Of a stretch of 64,000 nt of DNA, positions 9,113 to 18,659 are shown piece after piece. The translations under genes and the position numbers were made by a program. Below the pieces are notes generated by a model. It did no database searches. It was not told where the DNA came from and was given only the letters and a program-made list of their open reading frames with translations. The first letter of the stretch is position 1. Each line of letters opens with the position of its first letter. Source of the stretch: an uncultured SAR116 cluster alpha proteobacterium (GTDB taxonomy: Bacteria; Pseudomonadota; Alphaproteobacteria; Puniceispirillales; Marisalimonadaceae); the NCBI GenBank assembly GCA_902514865.1, contig CABXSI010000001.1:228-64227 (forward strand), read 5' to 3'.

Positions 9113-9248
9113 AATTAATATTCGTTCCTCCTCCCTCGAATATTGATTAAAGATGGTGACATAGCTTAGAAATTAATCCTCCCCCAAGGTAGCTATTATG
9201 TCATCTGATAAAGCAAGGACGAAGGACCCCCATCCTTCGTCCTTTTTT
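9113..9248 (+). ncRNA. Putative cuckoo/CcsR-type sRNA: tandem hairpins with CU-rich loops
   Basis: Stem AATTAATATTCG/CGAATATTGATT with loop TTCCTCCTCCCT (CCTCCTCCC at 9127-9135); second imperfect stem 9151-9206 with CCTCCCCC in the loop; third stem is the terminator with a CCCCCA loop; lies directly after a DUF1127 gene. Confidence 0.8.
9215..9248 (+). terminator. Rho-independent terminator
   Basis: Perfect 12-bp stem AAGGACGAAGGA/TCCTTCGTCCTT followed by a T-run. Confidence 0.88.
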
Positions 9249-9290
9249 CTTTTTGATTATTCGTTTTAAAACTCTTATTATAAATAGAAC

Positions 9291-9830
9291 ATGGAGAATT
9301 TTATGGATGATATAAAAAAACTTAACAAGCCTTCACCATACAATGGACCAAAATCTCAAGACGCAATACCTGATATATTTATTCAAGATAGCTTTTCGAA
9401 AGATGATGAAAGATTATGGGTTCCTTTAGCTCCGGGTAGATGGTCTAGACCTCTATGCTTTAATATAAGTCAAGGATACTGGGTTCATTTGACTAAAGTA
9501 ATTGGAGGAGGTTTTTTATCTCGACATAGACATCCAGCCCCAGTTCATGGATTTGTCATCAAAGGGTCTTGGCGATACCTCGAACATGATTGGGTTGCTA
9601 CGGAAGGATCATATTTATTTGAACCACCAGGTGAAATTCATACTCTCGTAGTAGATGAAGATTGTGAAGAAATGATAACATTATTTCATAATTCTGGAGC
9701 CTTACTTTATTGTGATGAAAATGGAAAAACCATTAATTCAACTGACGTTTTTGACAGAGTTGATGCAGCTAGAAAACATTTTATTACCGTCGGATTAGGC
9801 GCTGAATATGTAAATAATTTTATCAGATAG
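9291..9830 (+). CDS. Cupin, 2,4'-dihydroxyacetophenone dioxygenase family
   Basis: DDERLWVP, HRHPAPVHGFVIKGSWRYLEHDW...YLFEPPGEIHTL metal-binding cupin motifs. Confidence 0.82.
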   Translation: MENFMDDIKKLNKPSPYNGPKSQDAIPDIFIQDSFSKDDERLWVPLAPGRWSRPLCFNISQGYWVHLTKVIGGGFLSRHRHPAPVHGFVIKGSWRYLEHDWVATEGSYLFEPPGEIHTLVVDEDCEEMITLFHNSGALLYCDENGKTINSTDVFDRVDAARKHFITVGLGAEYVNNFIR

Positions 9831-11469
9831 TCTTAAGTATAGAAGATCTTTTATAAATGAAATAACATCCCGCTGAAAGTAATATACCTCCTACAACCAT
9901 TCTGACAGGGCTTCCCATTAAAAATAATGGTAAGGAAAGTAAAATCATACTTATTGGAACATACATTTTTGTAAATAAAGTATCTTTTTTAGCATTTTGG
10001 TAAAATGGAAATAATACTGAAACTATTGCCATTATTAAGAAAAATAATGACCAAGGTCTAGTTACAAATAATGAGTAATCATCACTTATTCCAATTGCTC
10101 TTGCTATATTCAATTCAGCTAATTTTCCTAAAACAACACCTAAAATCATTGGTGCCAATGGAAAACCTAGTTTTCTCATAAAATAACCAATAACACCAAA
10201 ACCAAACATGACCCAAATATCAAACGTTATATTATGAAGAGCGAAAACCCCAATTGCACAATAGGCTAGAATAACAGAAGCAAGTATATACATTGGAATT
10301 CTTGTTACTAACAAAAATAATCGCAAGGCAAATGCTTGCAAACCAACCATAAAAAAGTGAGCAGCAAAAAACGCTATAAAAACACCATAAGCTAAAAGTG
10401 GTTCATCTTGTATAAAAGAGGGACCCGGAATAATATTATGAATCATCAACGCGCCAATCATTATAGCGGTAACAATATCACCTGGAATTCCAAGGGCCAT
10501 CATCATAATAAGGGCTCCACCTGCTGTAGCGTTATTTGCAGCTTCAGGCGCAATTATTCCGTTTACAGCTCCTTTTCCGAATTCATTTCTATTATTAGAG
10601 GCCTTCTTTGCTTGATCGTAAGCTAGTATATTAGATATTGAGCCGCCCGCTGCAGGAAGAATCCCAGTAAAAATTCCTATAAAACTAGACCTAATCAAGT
10701 TTATCCAGTTCATTAAAACTGTTGCAATTGCTTTTCTATGTTCTACTCGTATAGCTTCAGCTGAATTTTTCATAAGCGGTGCTTTAGCTTTTGCACTATC
10801 CTCAACATCACTTAACAATTGAGAAAAAGCAAAAAGACCTATTAAAACTGGAAGGAAAGCAAAACCTTGCCTGATATGATCAGATCCAAATGCAAATCGA
10901 GCTACACCATTAATTTCGTCCTCACCTACACATGCAGCAAACAAACCTAATAAACCAGCAATCAAACCCTTTATCATATTATCGCCAGATAAACTCACAG
11001 TTATAGTAAGTGCGAATACTATCAAAGAAAAATAGTCCCATGGACCAAACTCTAACCCTAAAAATGCTAATTGAGGAGCTAAAGCTACTAATATAACGGC
11101 ACTTATCATGCCACCAAAAAATGATGACCACAGTCCTAAACCTAACGCCAACCCCGGTTTTCCTGACCTAACCATTGGGAAACCATCAAACGTAGTTGCA
11201 ACAGAGGAAGGTGTTCCAGGAATTCCGGTTAACATACAAGACATCAAACCACCTGAAAACCCTCCAACAAACACACCCATCATGGTAGCAAGTCCTTGAA
11301 TTGGACTCATACCAAAGGTAAAGGGAAGAGTTAAAATTACCCCCATTGCAATTGTAAATCCTGGAATAGCTCCTGCCAAAAGCCCTGCCAAGGTTCCTAT
11401 ACCCATTAACCCTAAAGTTACAGGATCAAGTAATACTGACGCACCAGCTTGTAAAATAACATCAAACAT
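9823..11469 (-). CDS. tctA: Tripartite tricarboxylate transporter large permease
   Basis: GAIPG, IPGTPSSVATTFDGFPM, APEAANNA, LGIPGD, PLAPMILG. Confidence 0.93.
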   Translation of the reverse strand: MFDVILQAGASVLLDPVTLGLMGIGTLAGLLAGAIPGFTIAMGVILTLPFTFGMSPIQGLATMMGVFVGGFSGGLMSCMLTGIPGTPSSVATTFDGFPMVRSGKPGLALGLGLWSSFFGGMISAVILVALAPQLAFLGLEFGPWDYFSLIVFALTITVSLSGDNMIKGLIAGLLGLFAACVGEDEINGVARFAFGSDHIRQGFAFLPVLIGLFAFSQLLSDVEDSAKAKAPLMKNSAEAIRVEHRKAIATVLMNWINLIRSSFIGIFTGILPAAGGSISNILAYDQAKKASNNRNEFGKGAVNGIIAPEAANNATAGGALIMMMALGIPGDIVTAIMIGALMIHNIIPGPSFIQDEPLLAYGVFIAFFAAHFFMVGLQAFALRLFLLVTRIPMYILASVILAYCAIGVFALHNITFDIWVMFGFGVIGYFMRKLGFPLAPMILGVVLGKLAELNIARAIGISDDYSLFVTRPWSLFFLIMAIVSVLFPFYQNAKKDTLFTKMYVPISMILLSLPLFLMGSPVRMVVGGILLSAGCYFIYKRSSILKTI

Positions 11470-11478
11470 TAGGGGTAC

Positions 11479-11967
11479 TTACCAAACACGTAGAATTTCT
11501 CCTTCAGGCAATATAACTCGCAAACCAAAAGTAAAAACCATCCACATAAATCCAATACTTAGTATTGAAACTAATAGATGCTTAACAAGCAATTTATGAG
11601 AAAATCCACCTAACAAAGACAATAGGCCAAAAACAAAAAGAATCCCACCAATAAGCATCCCTAAATAATCCAAAGTTGATAGGAAAAGCATGAACATACC
11701 AAAACAAATTAAAGCATTTTTAAACTTTGCCAGGTTAATGCTAAAATTTTCATTATCTTTATCGCTCACAGTTTTGAATTTAAGATAGGATTTTCCAAGC
11801 ATTACTGATGACATTAACACCAAAAGCCACAAAACAACTCTTGGCCAAGCGTCTGCTTTCATTCCCTCAAAACCAAGGTCTCTGATATTAGATGCATCAT
11901 TTATCATAACGCCTGAGAAGCACAGCAAAAAAATTGCAATGGTTATGTCTGATTTATTATTTGTCAT
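11479..11967 (-). CDS. tctB: Tripartite tricarboxylate transporter small subunit
   Basis: About 4 TM segments, WPR motif, C-terminal F..GLRVILPEG; between tctC and tctA. Confidence 0.85.
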   Translation of the reverse strand: MTNNKSDITIAIFLLCFSGVMINDASNIRDLGFEGMKADAWPRVVLWLLVLMSSVMLGKSYLKFKTVSDKDNENFSINLAKFKNALICFGMFMLFLSTLDYLGMLIGGILFVFGLLSLLGGFSHKLLVKHLLVSILSIGFMWMVFTFGLRVILPEGEILRVW

Positions 11968-11982
11968 TTTATATCCGATAAA

Positions 11983-12012
11983 TAGTTCAGAGAGAAAAGT
12001 CTCTCTGAACTA
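11983..12012 (-). terminator. Intercistronic hairpin after tctC (attenuator or mRNA stabiliser)
   Basis: Perfect 13-bp inverted repeat TAGTTCAGAGAGA-AAAG-TCTCTCTGAACTA. Confidence 0.7.
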
Positions 12013-12018
12013 AAATTT

Positions 12019-12990
12019 TTATCTTTTATAGACACCAACTTTTTTTGCAATTGGTAACCATTTATCATAAGTTGCTTGAAAATGATCTTTATAATCACTC
12101 GCACCTTTATAAGTTATTAAAATGCCTTTTTTATGCATCGCAGCTTTAAAATCCTCGTCAGCAGCTGCACCCTTTAACATTGCTGCATAGTGATCAATTA
12201 TAGCTTTCGAGGTTCCTTTTGGAGCAACAACGCCTCTTTCAACTGCATAAATAACGTCTACACCCTGTTCTTTAGCTGTTTTCATATCAGGAATTTGATC
12301 TAATCTAGCAGGATTTGTAACACCAAGTGCTTTTAACTTTCCAGCTTTAATAAATTTTATAGCAGCTGCTAAATTGATTTCACCTAGTTTAATATTATCC
12401 GCTAAAAGAGCAGTCATTCTTTGTTTAGTTCCGTCATAGGAAACATGCTTAAATTTTACTCCAGCAGCATCTTCTAATAATAAAAACACAAATTGACTTG
12501 TTGACCCAAATGTCCCGCCAGCAGTAATAGTTCCTGGATTTTTCTTAGCAGCAGCCACTAAATCAGTCAGATTATTAAAAGGAGTATTAACATTGGCCCC
12601 AATAATTGAAGGAGTAGATGTCACCATAGATACTGGCTCGAAAGCATCCCATGTTATATCAATTCTTCCAGTGAAATAACTAGTAATCGCACTTTGATGA
12701 ATTGCGAATAAAGTGCAACCGTCAGGTTTTGCCTTAGCTGCTTGCTTTGCACCTTTGTTTCCACCTTGACCACCTACATTAACGACTTGTAGTTGGGGTT
12801 TTGCTCCATTCTTATTCACTTTATCGACAATTTGACGAAAGATGATGTCTGTTCCACCACCAGCTCCCCAAGGAACAATGAGTTTTGCTGTTCCACAAGG
12901 AATGTCAGGCGCAGCTAAAGCACCTGTTACAGATAAAGCAAATAAAGCGGCGCCAGCTAAACCTGCTTTAAATAAATTTTTAATTGGCAT
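12019..12990 (-). CDS. tctC: TctC/Bug-family periplasmic substrate-binding protein
   Basis: Signal peptide, LIVPWGAGGGTD, KPDGCTL, GVVAPKGT; start placed at ATG 12990 after a GGAG SD (ORF track starts at 13002). Confidence 0.9.
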   Translation of the reverse strand: MPIKNLFKAGLAGAALFALSVTGALAAPDIPCGTAKLIVPWGAGGGTDIIFRQIVDKVNKNGAKPQLQVVNVGGQGGNKGAKQAAKAKPDGCTLFAIHQSAITSYFTGRIDITWDAFEPVSMVTSTPSIIGANVNTPFNNLTDLVAAAKKNPGTITAGGTFGSTSQFVFLLLEDAAGVKFKHVSYDGTKQRMTALLADNIKLGEINLAAAIKFIKAGKLKALGVTNPARLDQIPDMKTAKEQGVDVIYAVERGVVAPKGTSKAIIDHYAAMLKGAAADEDFKAAMHKKGILITYKGASDYKDHFQATYDKWLPIAKKVGVYKR

Positions 12991-13020
12991 TGTTATCTCC
13001 ACAAATTAGTTTATTTATTA

Positions 13021-13032
13021 ATGATTAATCAT
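13021..13032. promoter_or_regulatory. Palindromic candidate operator in the divergent tctC/ggt promoter region
   Basis: Perfect 12-bp palindrome ATGATTAATCAT; AT-rich, so a chance occurrence is possible. Confidence 0.3.
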
Positions 13033-13096
13033 CGAAGCCATAATTGCTTAGATACAAGCGCAGAGTCAATTTTTTTATATTTTTAATGGGCTTTAA

Positions 13097-14905
13097 ATGA
13101 AAAACTTTACTACAAGACCTGAGATTGTTGGAAATTTTGGTATCGTAACATCTACTCATTGGGTTGCTTCAGCAGTTGGAATGTCAATATTAGAAAAAGG
13201 TGGTAATGCATTTGATGCGGCAGTCGCGACGGGTTTCACTCTTCAAGTTGTCGAACCTCATCTAAATGGTCCTGGTGGAGAGGTACCATTGATCTTAGCT
13301 CCGAATAATAAAGATCCAATTGTTATATGCGGTCAAGGAGTTGCCCCAGATTTGGCAACGTTAGAGAGTTTCAATGATCTTGGATTAAATATAGTACCAG
13401 GTAGTGGTTTGTTACCAGCTGTTGTCCCAGGTGCTTTTGATGCTTGGCTGTTATTATTATTAAATTTTGGAACTATGTCATTAAGAGATGTCTTGGAACC
13501 CTCTATCAGCATAGCAACAAATGGTTATCACTTAGTGCCAAATATAATAAATACCATAAAGTCTGTTGAAGAGCTATTTAGAAATGAGTGGACAAGCTCT
13601 GCAGAAATATATCTTCCAGGAGGCAGGTTGCCACAAGAGGGTGATTTTTTTACTAATAAAAAAATGGCCGAAACTTATTTAAAAATCATTAAAGAAGCAG
13701 AAAGAAAGTCTAGGGATAAAAAAGAACAGATTAACCAAGCTAGAGATATATGGAGCAAAGGTTTCGTCGCAGAGGAAATTGAAAATTATTGTAATAACAA
13801 TCATGTAATGGACACAACTGAAAGTAAACATAAAGGCTTGCTTACTGCCGATGATATAGCCAATTGGTCTGCAACAATAGAAAAACCACTATCCTATGAT
13901 TATAAAAACTATACCGTTTGTAAAACTGGTCCATGGGGACAAGGACCAACTTTCCTTCAACAATTAGCATTATTAAAAGAATTTGATTTTGACGTTCTCG
14001 ATGAAAAGTCACCAGAGTTTGTTCACTTAATTGTTGAAGCAACCAAGTTAGTCTTTGCTGATAGAGAAGCTTTTTATGGAGATACTAACTTTAATGAAGT
14101 ACCAATGGATATATTACTGAGTGAAAAGTATAACATTCAACGAAGAAGTCTAATTTCTGAGAAAGCCTCAATGGAAGTTAGACCTGGAAGCATTTCTGGG
14201 TTTGGGGGGAAAGTTTCAGTAAGACCTAAGGGTACAACTCCAGAATCTTTCTCTAAATTTGATATAGGTGAACCAACAGTAGCTCGTTTTGATGAGCCTA
14301 ATCCAAATAGCCTTGGAAATACAAAAGGTGACACCACTCATTTTGATATAATTGACAAATGGGGCAACATGATTGCAGGAACGCCTAGTGGTGGTTGGTT
14401 ACAAAGTTCACCAATAATACCAGAACTAGGTTTTTGTTTGTCTAATAGAGGTCAAATGTTTTGGTTAGATAAAAATTCACCTGCTTGTATAGGACCTAAA
14501 AGGAGACCAAGAACAACTTTGTCTCCTAGCTTAGCGCTAAAGGATGGCGTTCCATACATGGTTTTTGGAACACCCGGTGGTGACCAGCAAGATCAGTGGT
14601 CACTTCATTTGTTTTTGAGACATGTTCACTTTGGATTAAACCTTCAAGAGGCTATTGATGCTCCAGGTTTTAGTACAGCTCACTTTCCAAATTCCTTTTA
14701 TCCAAGAGAAACAGATATAGGTCACTTAGCTGTTGAAGGACGGTTTCCTTCAAAGACTATTGATGAACTTAAAAAAAAAGGTCATAAAGTTTCTGTTGAT
14801 ACTGACTGGAGCCTTGGAAGAATGACAGCTGCTTCCAAGGAAAATGGAATTTTAAAAGGTGCTGCAAATCCAAGATTTATGCAAGGGTATGCGATTGGAC
14901 GATGA
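13097..14905 (+). CDS. Gamma-glutamyltransferase-family Ntn hydrolase
   Basis: GGNAFDAAVA, VVEPHLNGPGG, autoproteolytic GDTTH Thr, RPRTTLSP, GTPGGDQQ. Confidence 0.92.
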   Translation: MKNFTTRPEIVGNFGIVTSTHWVASAVGMSILEKGGNAFDAAVATGFTLQVVEPHLNGPGGEVPLILAPNNKDPIVICGQGVAPDLATLESFNDLGLNIVPGSGLLPAVVPGAFDAWLLLLLNFGTMSLRDVLEPSISIATNGYHLVPNIINTIKSVEELFRNEWTSSAEIYLPGGRLPQEGDFFTNKKMAETYLKIIKEAERKSRDKKEQINQARDIWSKGFVAEEIENYCNNNHVMDTTESKHKGLLTADDIANWSATIEKPLSYDYKNYTVCKTGPWGQGPTFLQQLALLKEFDFDVLDEKSPEFVHLIVEATKLVFADREAFYGDTNFNEVPMDILLSEKYNIQRRSLISEKASMEVRPGSISGFGGKVSVRPKGTTPESFSKFDIGEPTVARFDEPNPNSLGNTKGDTTHFDIIDKWGNMIAGTPSGGWLQSSPIIPELGFCLSNRGQMFWLDKNSPACIGPKRRPRTTLSPSLALKDGVPYMVFGTPGGDQQDQWSLHLFLRHVHFGLNLQEAIDAPGFSTAHFPNSFYPRETDIGHLAVEGRFPSKTIDELKKKGHKVSVDTDWSLGRMTAASKENGILKGAANPRFMQGYAIGR

Positions 14906-14923
14906 AGAGAATAGGATAAAATT

Positions 14924-15724
14924 ATGAATGTCGGGATTGTTGGATTTGGGTCTATAGGAACAGAAGTTGCTAAAGCACTTATTAAAGGGGTAGAAGATTT
15001 TTCTTTTTATGGTGTCACATCAAGAAGTAAAGCGAACGCTTTAAATAGAATTGCTAAATTAAATAAAAATATAAAAATTTATGATTTAGATAACCTTGTT
15101 GATAATTGTGGGATAATTATTGACTGCGCTCCCAAAGAGGCTTTTAGAGAAATTGCTACTAAATGTATTAATAAAGAAAAAAAATTGATAACTGTAAGTG
15201 GCTCAGGAATACTTGACAATTTGGACCTGGAGAACTTAGCAAAGAATAACAACTCTCAAATTATTTTAGCCACAGGAGCAATTTTAGGCTTAGATGCCTT
15301 AAGAGCCGCTTCAGAATCTAACATTAATTCTGTCAAAATGATTACACGTAAACCACCTAATGCTCTTACTAATGCTCCATATGTTATTAATAATAATATT
15401 CAATTAAATAATTTATTAGAACCAAAATTAATATTCAAAGGGTCTGCAACCGATGGTGCAAAAGCTTTTCCAGCTAATGTAAATGTTGCAGCTGCAGTTG
15501 GTCTAGCTGGAATTGGTGCGGATAAAACAAAACTTGAAATATGGGCTGATCCTAATTTAAAAAGAAATACTCACAAAGTTCAAGTTGACTCAGACAGCGC
15601 TGTTTTTGAAATGTCTATTCAAAATGTTCAAACACCTGAAAATCCCGGAACAGGCAAGATTACTGGCTTAAGTGTTATAGCTTGTTTAAGAAGCTTAAAA
15701 TCTTCGTTTAAAATTGGAACATAA
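14924..15724 (+). CDS. nadX: L-aspartate dehydrogenase family (NadX-like)
   Basis: VGIVGFGSIG, GAILGLDAL, TRKPP, FPANVNVAA, NTH, NPGTG. Confidence 0.85.
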   Translation: MNVGIVGFGSIGTEVAKALIKGVEDFSFYGVTSRSKANALNRIAKLNKNIKIYDLDNLVDNCGIIIDCAPKEAFREIATKCINKEKKLITVSGSGILDNLDLENLAKNNNSQIILATGAILGLDALRAASESNINSVKMITRKPPNALTNAPYVINNNIQLNNLLEPKLIFKGSATDGAKAFPANVNVAAAVGLAGIGADKTKLEIWADPNLKRNTHKVQVDSDSAVFEMSIQNVQTPENPGTGKITGLSVIACLRSLKSSFKIGT

Positions 15725-15726
15725 AA

Positions 15727-16641
15727 CTAAGTTAACTTTTCTTTGTATAGCTTCATTTTTAAATAACATGAAGTCAGTATAGGACTATAAAAATTATAAT
15801 TTTGTGCTTTAGAGATCAAATGCCCAAAGATCTCCTCATGCTCTGTAAAGGCATTTTTTTCAACGTCTCTTTGCATAGACGCTTTAATCAGAGAACCTTC
15901 CGCTGTAATATTATTCAATACATTATTTACTTCATCATCTTCAATCGTAAAACCGTTTAATTTTGCAATTGATCTACATTCTTCATACAAATCTATTAAA
16001 GTTTTTTTACCAACTTCATGATTACTAATCTCTCCTAAAGTTGAGCTAAAAAGAGTTGTTGCTCCTGCAACGGTTGAAATAAAAATCCATTTTTTCCACA
16101 AATCTAGAGTAATGTTTTTACTAAGAACAGCATCAAATTTGGTTTTTTCACAAACGTCTAAAAAAGGTTCCAAAAGATGATTTTGATTTTGCAACCTATT
16201 TCCAAAAGTAAGTTTTTTGAAGTGACTAAAGTGCTCTATTGTCCCATTTTCATTTATAGTTGAACTTATATGAGCGACACCTCCCATAACGTTTTCACAT
16301 CCAAACTCTTCATCTAATTTTTTTAAGTGTGTCATCCCATTTAAAAAAGGAATAATAATACCTTTTCCTTTAGTAAGTTTTAAATCAATTATGGCCTGAT
16401 CTAGGTCATATGCTTTACAAGAAACTATTATTATATCGTAAATTGGAGTTAGTTCTTTTGCTAAAACTAGATTTGGTATTAATTTAAGATTTCCTATTGA
16501 ACTAATTACTTTTAAACCATTTTTTAATAAAAAATCTTTTCTTTTAGGTCTTACTAAAAAAGTTACATCTACACCACTTTTTTGAAGGTAACTTCCAAAA
16601 AAGCCTCCGATGCCACCTATTCCTAAAATTAATATTTTCAT
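15727..16641 (-). CDS. panE: Ketopantoate reductase family
   Basis: ILGIGGIGGFFG, CKAYDL, FLNG, WKKW, SMQRD. Confidence 0.85.
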   Translation of the reverse strand: MKILILGIGGIGGFFGSYLQKSGVDVTFLVRPKRKDFLLKNGLKVISSIGNLKLIPNLVLAKELTPIYDIIIVSCKAYDLDQAIIDLKLTKGKGIIIPFLNGMTHLKKLDEEFGCENVMGGVAHISSTINENGTIEHFSHFKKLTFGNRLQNQNHLLEPFLDVCEKTKFDAVLSKNITLDLWKKWIFISTVAGATTLFSSTLGEISNHEVGKKTLIDLYEECRSIAKLNGFTIEDDEVNNVLNNITAEGSLIKASMQRDVEKNAFTEHEEIFGHLISKAQNYNFYSPILTSCYLKMKLYKEKLT

Positions 16642-16678
16642 TTACACCTCAACCTTTAAGGATCTAGCTCCATTTATT

Positions 16679-17659
16679 TTATAAAAAATTAGTTTGTTGT
16701 AATTTAAAAATTTCTTTTAAAACATCTTCGGGTAGTGGACCCATTTCGACCGCTTGGATAGAATTTTGCAGATGATCTAATGATGCTAGGCCTAATACAA
16801 TACAATGCAAATTATTAGTTGATAATCCATACCTGAGTGAAAATTGTGCTCTATTACCATATGCTTCACCCACTAGTCCAAATATTTTTTTAACTCGCCT
16901 TTCTTCTTCATTTATATCGATTATGTGAGTAACGGGAATTTCTCTGCCATGCCTGATATCAGTTGCAAGTAGGCCAGCGGCAAAAATTCTTATACCCATT
17001 ATACCCATATTATGTTTATGGCAATCTGAAATTAAGCCTGAAAAGTCATGATCATTCCACAAACCTTTATCATCAAAATTAGCTGTTGGATTTAAAAGAT
17101 TATAATATATTTGGACGGTATCAAAAGAGCCTGTATTAACTACATCTTTAATTGGAATAGTGTCACCCAAAGCAGTAAAACCAATACTATCAACCCTACC
17201 GTCCTCTTTAATTTTTTCCATAATTTCAGAGACACTATTAGTCTTTAAAATTTGAGCAGACGTTAAGGTGTCATTACTTTCTTCGAGAGTTATTTTGTTA
17301 TGTAACTGATACAGTTCTAGTTTGTCTAATTTTAATCTTTTAAGACTATTATCTAATTTTCTATCAAGTTGAGATTCAAATGTTTCCGCACTTGTGGGAT
17401 CTAGTCTTGCTTTTGATGAGACTTGTAACTTGTTCTCTACTGAGAGGGAACTTAACAAATCACCAATATTTTTTTCTGATTGACCATCACTATAACTTTC
17501 TGCTGTATCAATCCAGTTGATTCCTGACTCAATTGAAAATTCTATAGCTTTTTCCATAGTTTCATATTTTGGATCAATAAAAAGTCCACCTACCCATCCT
17601 CCTCCAAGTATAACCTGCGAAATATCTAATCCTGTTCTTCCTAATTTATTTTTTTTCAT
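16679..17659 (-). CDS. Aldo/keto reductase
   Basis: LGRTGLDIS, GINWIDTAESY..G.SE, SLKRLKLD.L.LYQLH, QIYYNLL. Confidence 0.9.
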   Translation of the reverse strand: MKKNKLGRTGLDISQVILGGGWVGGLFIDPKYETMEKAIEFSIESGINWIDTAESYSDGQSEKNIGDLLSSLSVENKLQVSSKARLDPTSAETFESQLDRKLDNSLKRLKLDKLELYQLHNKITLEESNDTLTSAQILKTNSVSEIMEKIKEDGRVDSIGFTALGDTIPIKDVVNTGSFDTVQIYYNLLNPTANFDDKGLWNDHDFSGLISDCHKHNMGIMGIRIFAAGLLATDIRHGREIPVTHIIDINEEERRVKKIFGLVGEAYGNRAQFSLRYGLSTNNLHCIVLGLASLDHLQNSIQAVEMGPLPEDVLKEIFKLQQTNFL

Positions 17660-17743
17660 AATCTTATTATCTTTAATTGTTAAAAGTTGTATTAGGTTAA
17701 TTTTAAAGTTATGTCCTTACCACAACTTATTAGAAAATTTATA

Positions 17744-18655
17744 ATGAATAAAGACAAAACAATCCTCAAAACTCTTCTGCTAGGATCATTTTTTGCTTCT
17801 TTATCCGCCATGTTAGGAGGGTCCACATTTGTATTTACAAGATATGTTATTGATAGCATAGATCCGTTCACATTAAGTTTTTTGCGTTACGGCTTAACTG
17901 GTTTAATTTTATTTTTACTATCCATGTCAATTTATAAGACAATAAAGTTTTTCAAGATAGATTTAATTCCTATGAGTTTACTTGGTTTAGCTATGATTAC
18001 TCTTTTTCCAAATTTTATGGCTTTAGGTTTAGAACATACAACTGCTGCAAGAGCAGGATTACTTTATGCAACAATGCCTTTATGTACAATAATTATTGCT
18101 TATTCTTTTAATATTGAAAAAATTACGATTAACAAATCTATCGCTGTCCTACTTGCTATTGCAGGAGTATCATTTTGTATGTCAGAAAAAGTAGATGAGA
18201 ACTTTGCCTCTACATTAAAAGGTGACTTTCTTATGATGATTGGTGTTTTATCAGCATCATGCTTTACAGTATTTTCAGGTAAATATTTAAAGAAATATGG
18301 GAACATACCTGTAATGATCTATGTTATTTTAATTGGTACAATATTTAATTTTTTCATATCTATAATTTTTGGTAACTCTATTAAAAATCTTTTAGAAATT
18401 AATGAATTTGAAGTTGCAGCTTTAATGATGTTAATTATACCTGGAGGAGTTCTAATGATGTATTGCTGGGGAAAAGCACTTCAATTAATCTCACCAACTC
18501 AAGCTGCAATATCTCTTGGATTTAATCCTTTATCAGCTATTTTACTTGGATCAATAATACTTAAGGAAGAAATAACTTTTAAGTTAATTATAGGTTTTGT
18601 CTCAATAGTGATTGCTATAATATTAGCAAATTGGAAATCAAAAAATATAGCTTAA
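17744..18655 (+). CDS. DMT/EamA family transporter
   Basis: About 10 TM segments in two EamA repeats (P.TLSFLRY, HTTAARA, GDFLM, P.SAILL); start at ATG 17744 or 17711. Confidence 0.85.
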   Translation: MNKDKTILKTLLLGSFFASLSAMLGGSTFVFTRYVIDSIDPFTLSFLRYGLTGLILFLLSMSIYKTIKFFKIDLIPMSLLGLAMITLFPNFMALGLEHTTAARAGLLYATMPLCTIIIAYSFNIEKITINKSIAVLLAIAGVSFCMSEKVDENFASTLKGDFLMMIGVLSASCFTVFSGKYLKKYGNIPVMIYVILIGTIFNFFISIIFGNSIKNLLEINEFEVAALMMLIIPGGVLMMYCWGKALQLISPTQAAISLGFNPLSAILLGSIILKEEITFKLIIGFVSIVIAIILANWKSKNIA

Positions 18656-18659
18656 AAAA

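Noticed and set aside
9113-9248. Possible CRISPR or REP-type repeat
   Set aside because: Stems are not repeated in sequence, there are no spacers or cas genes, and only the loops are similar, which fits sRNA hairpins.
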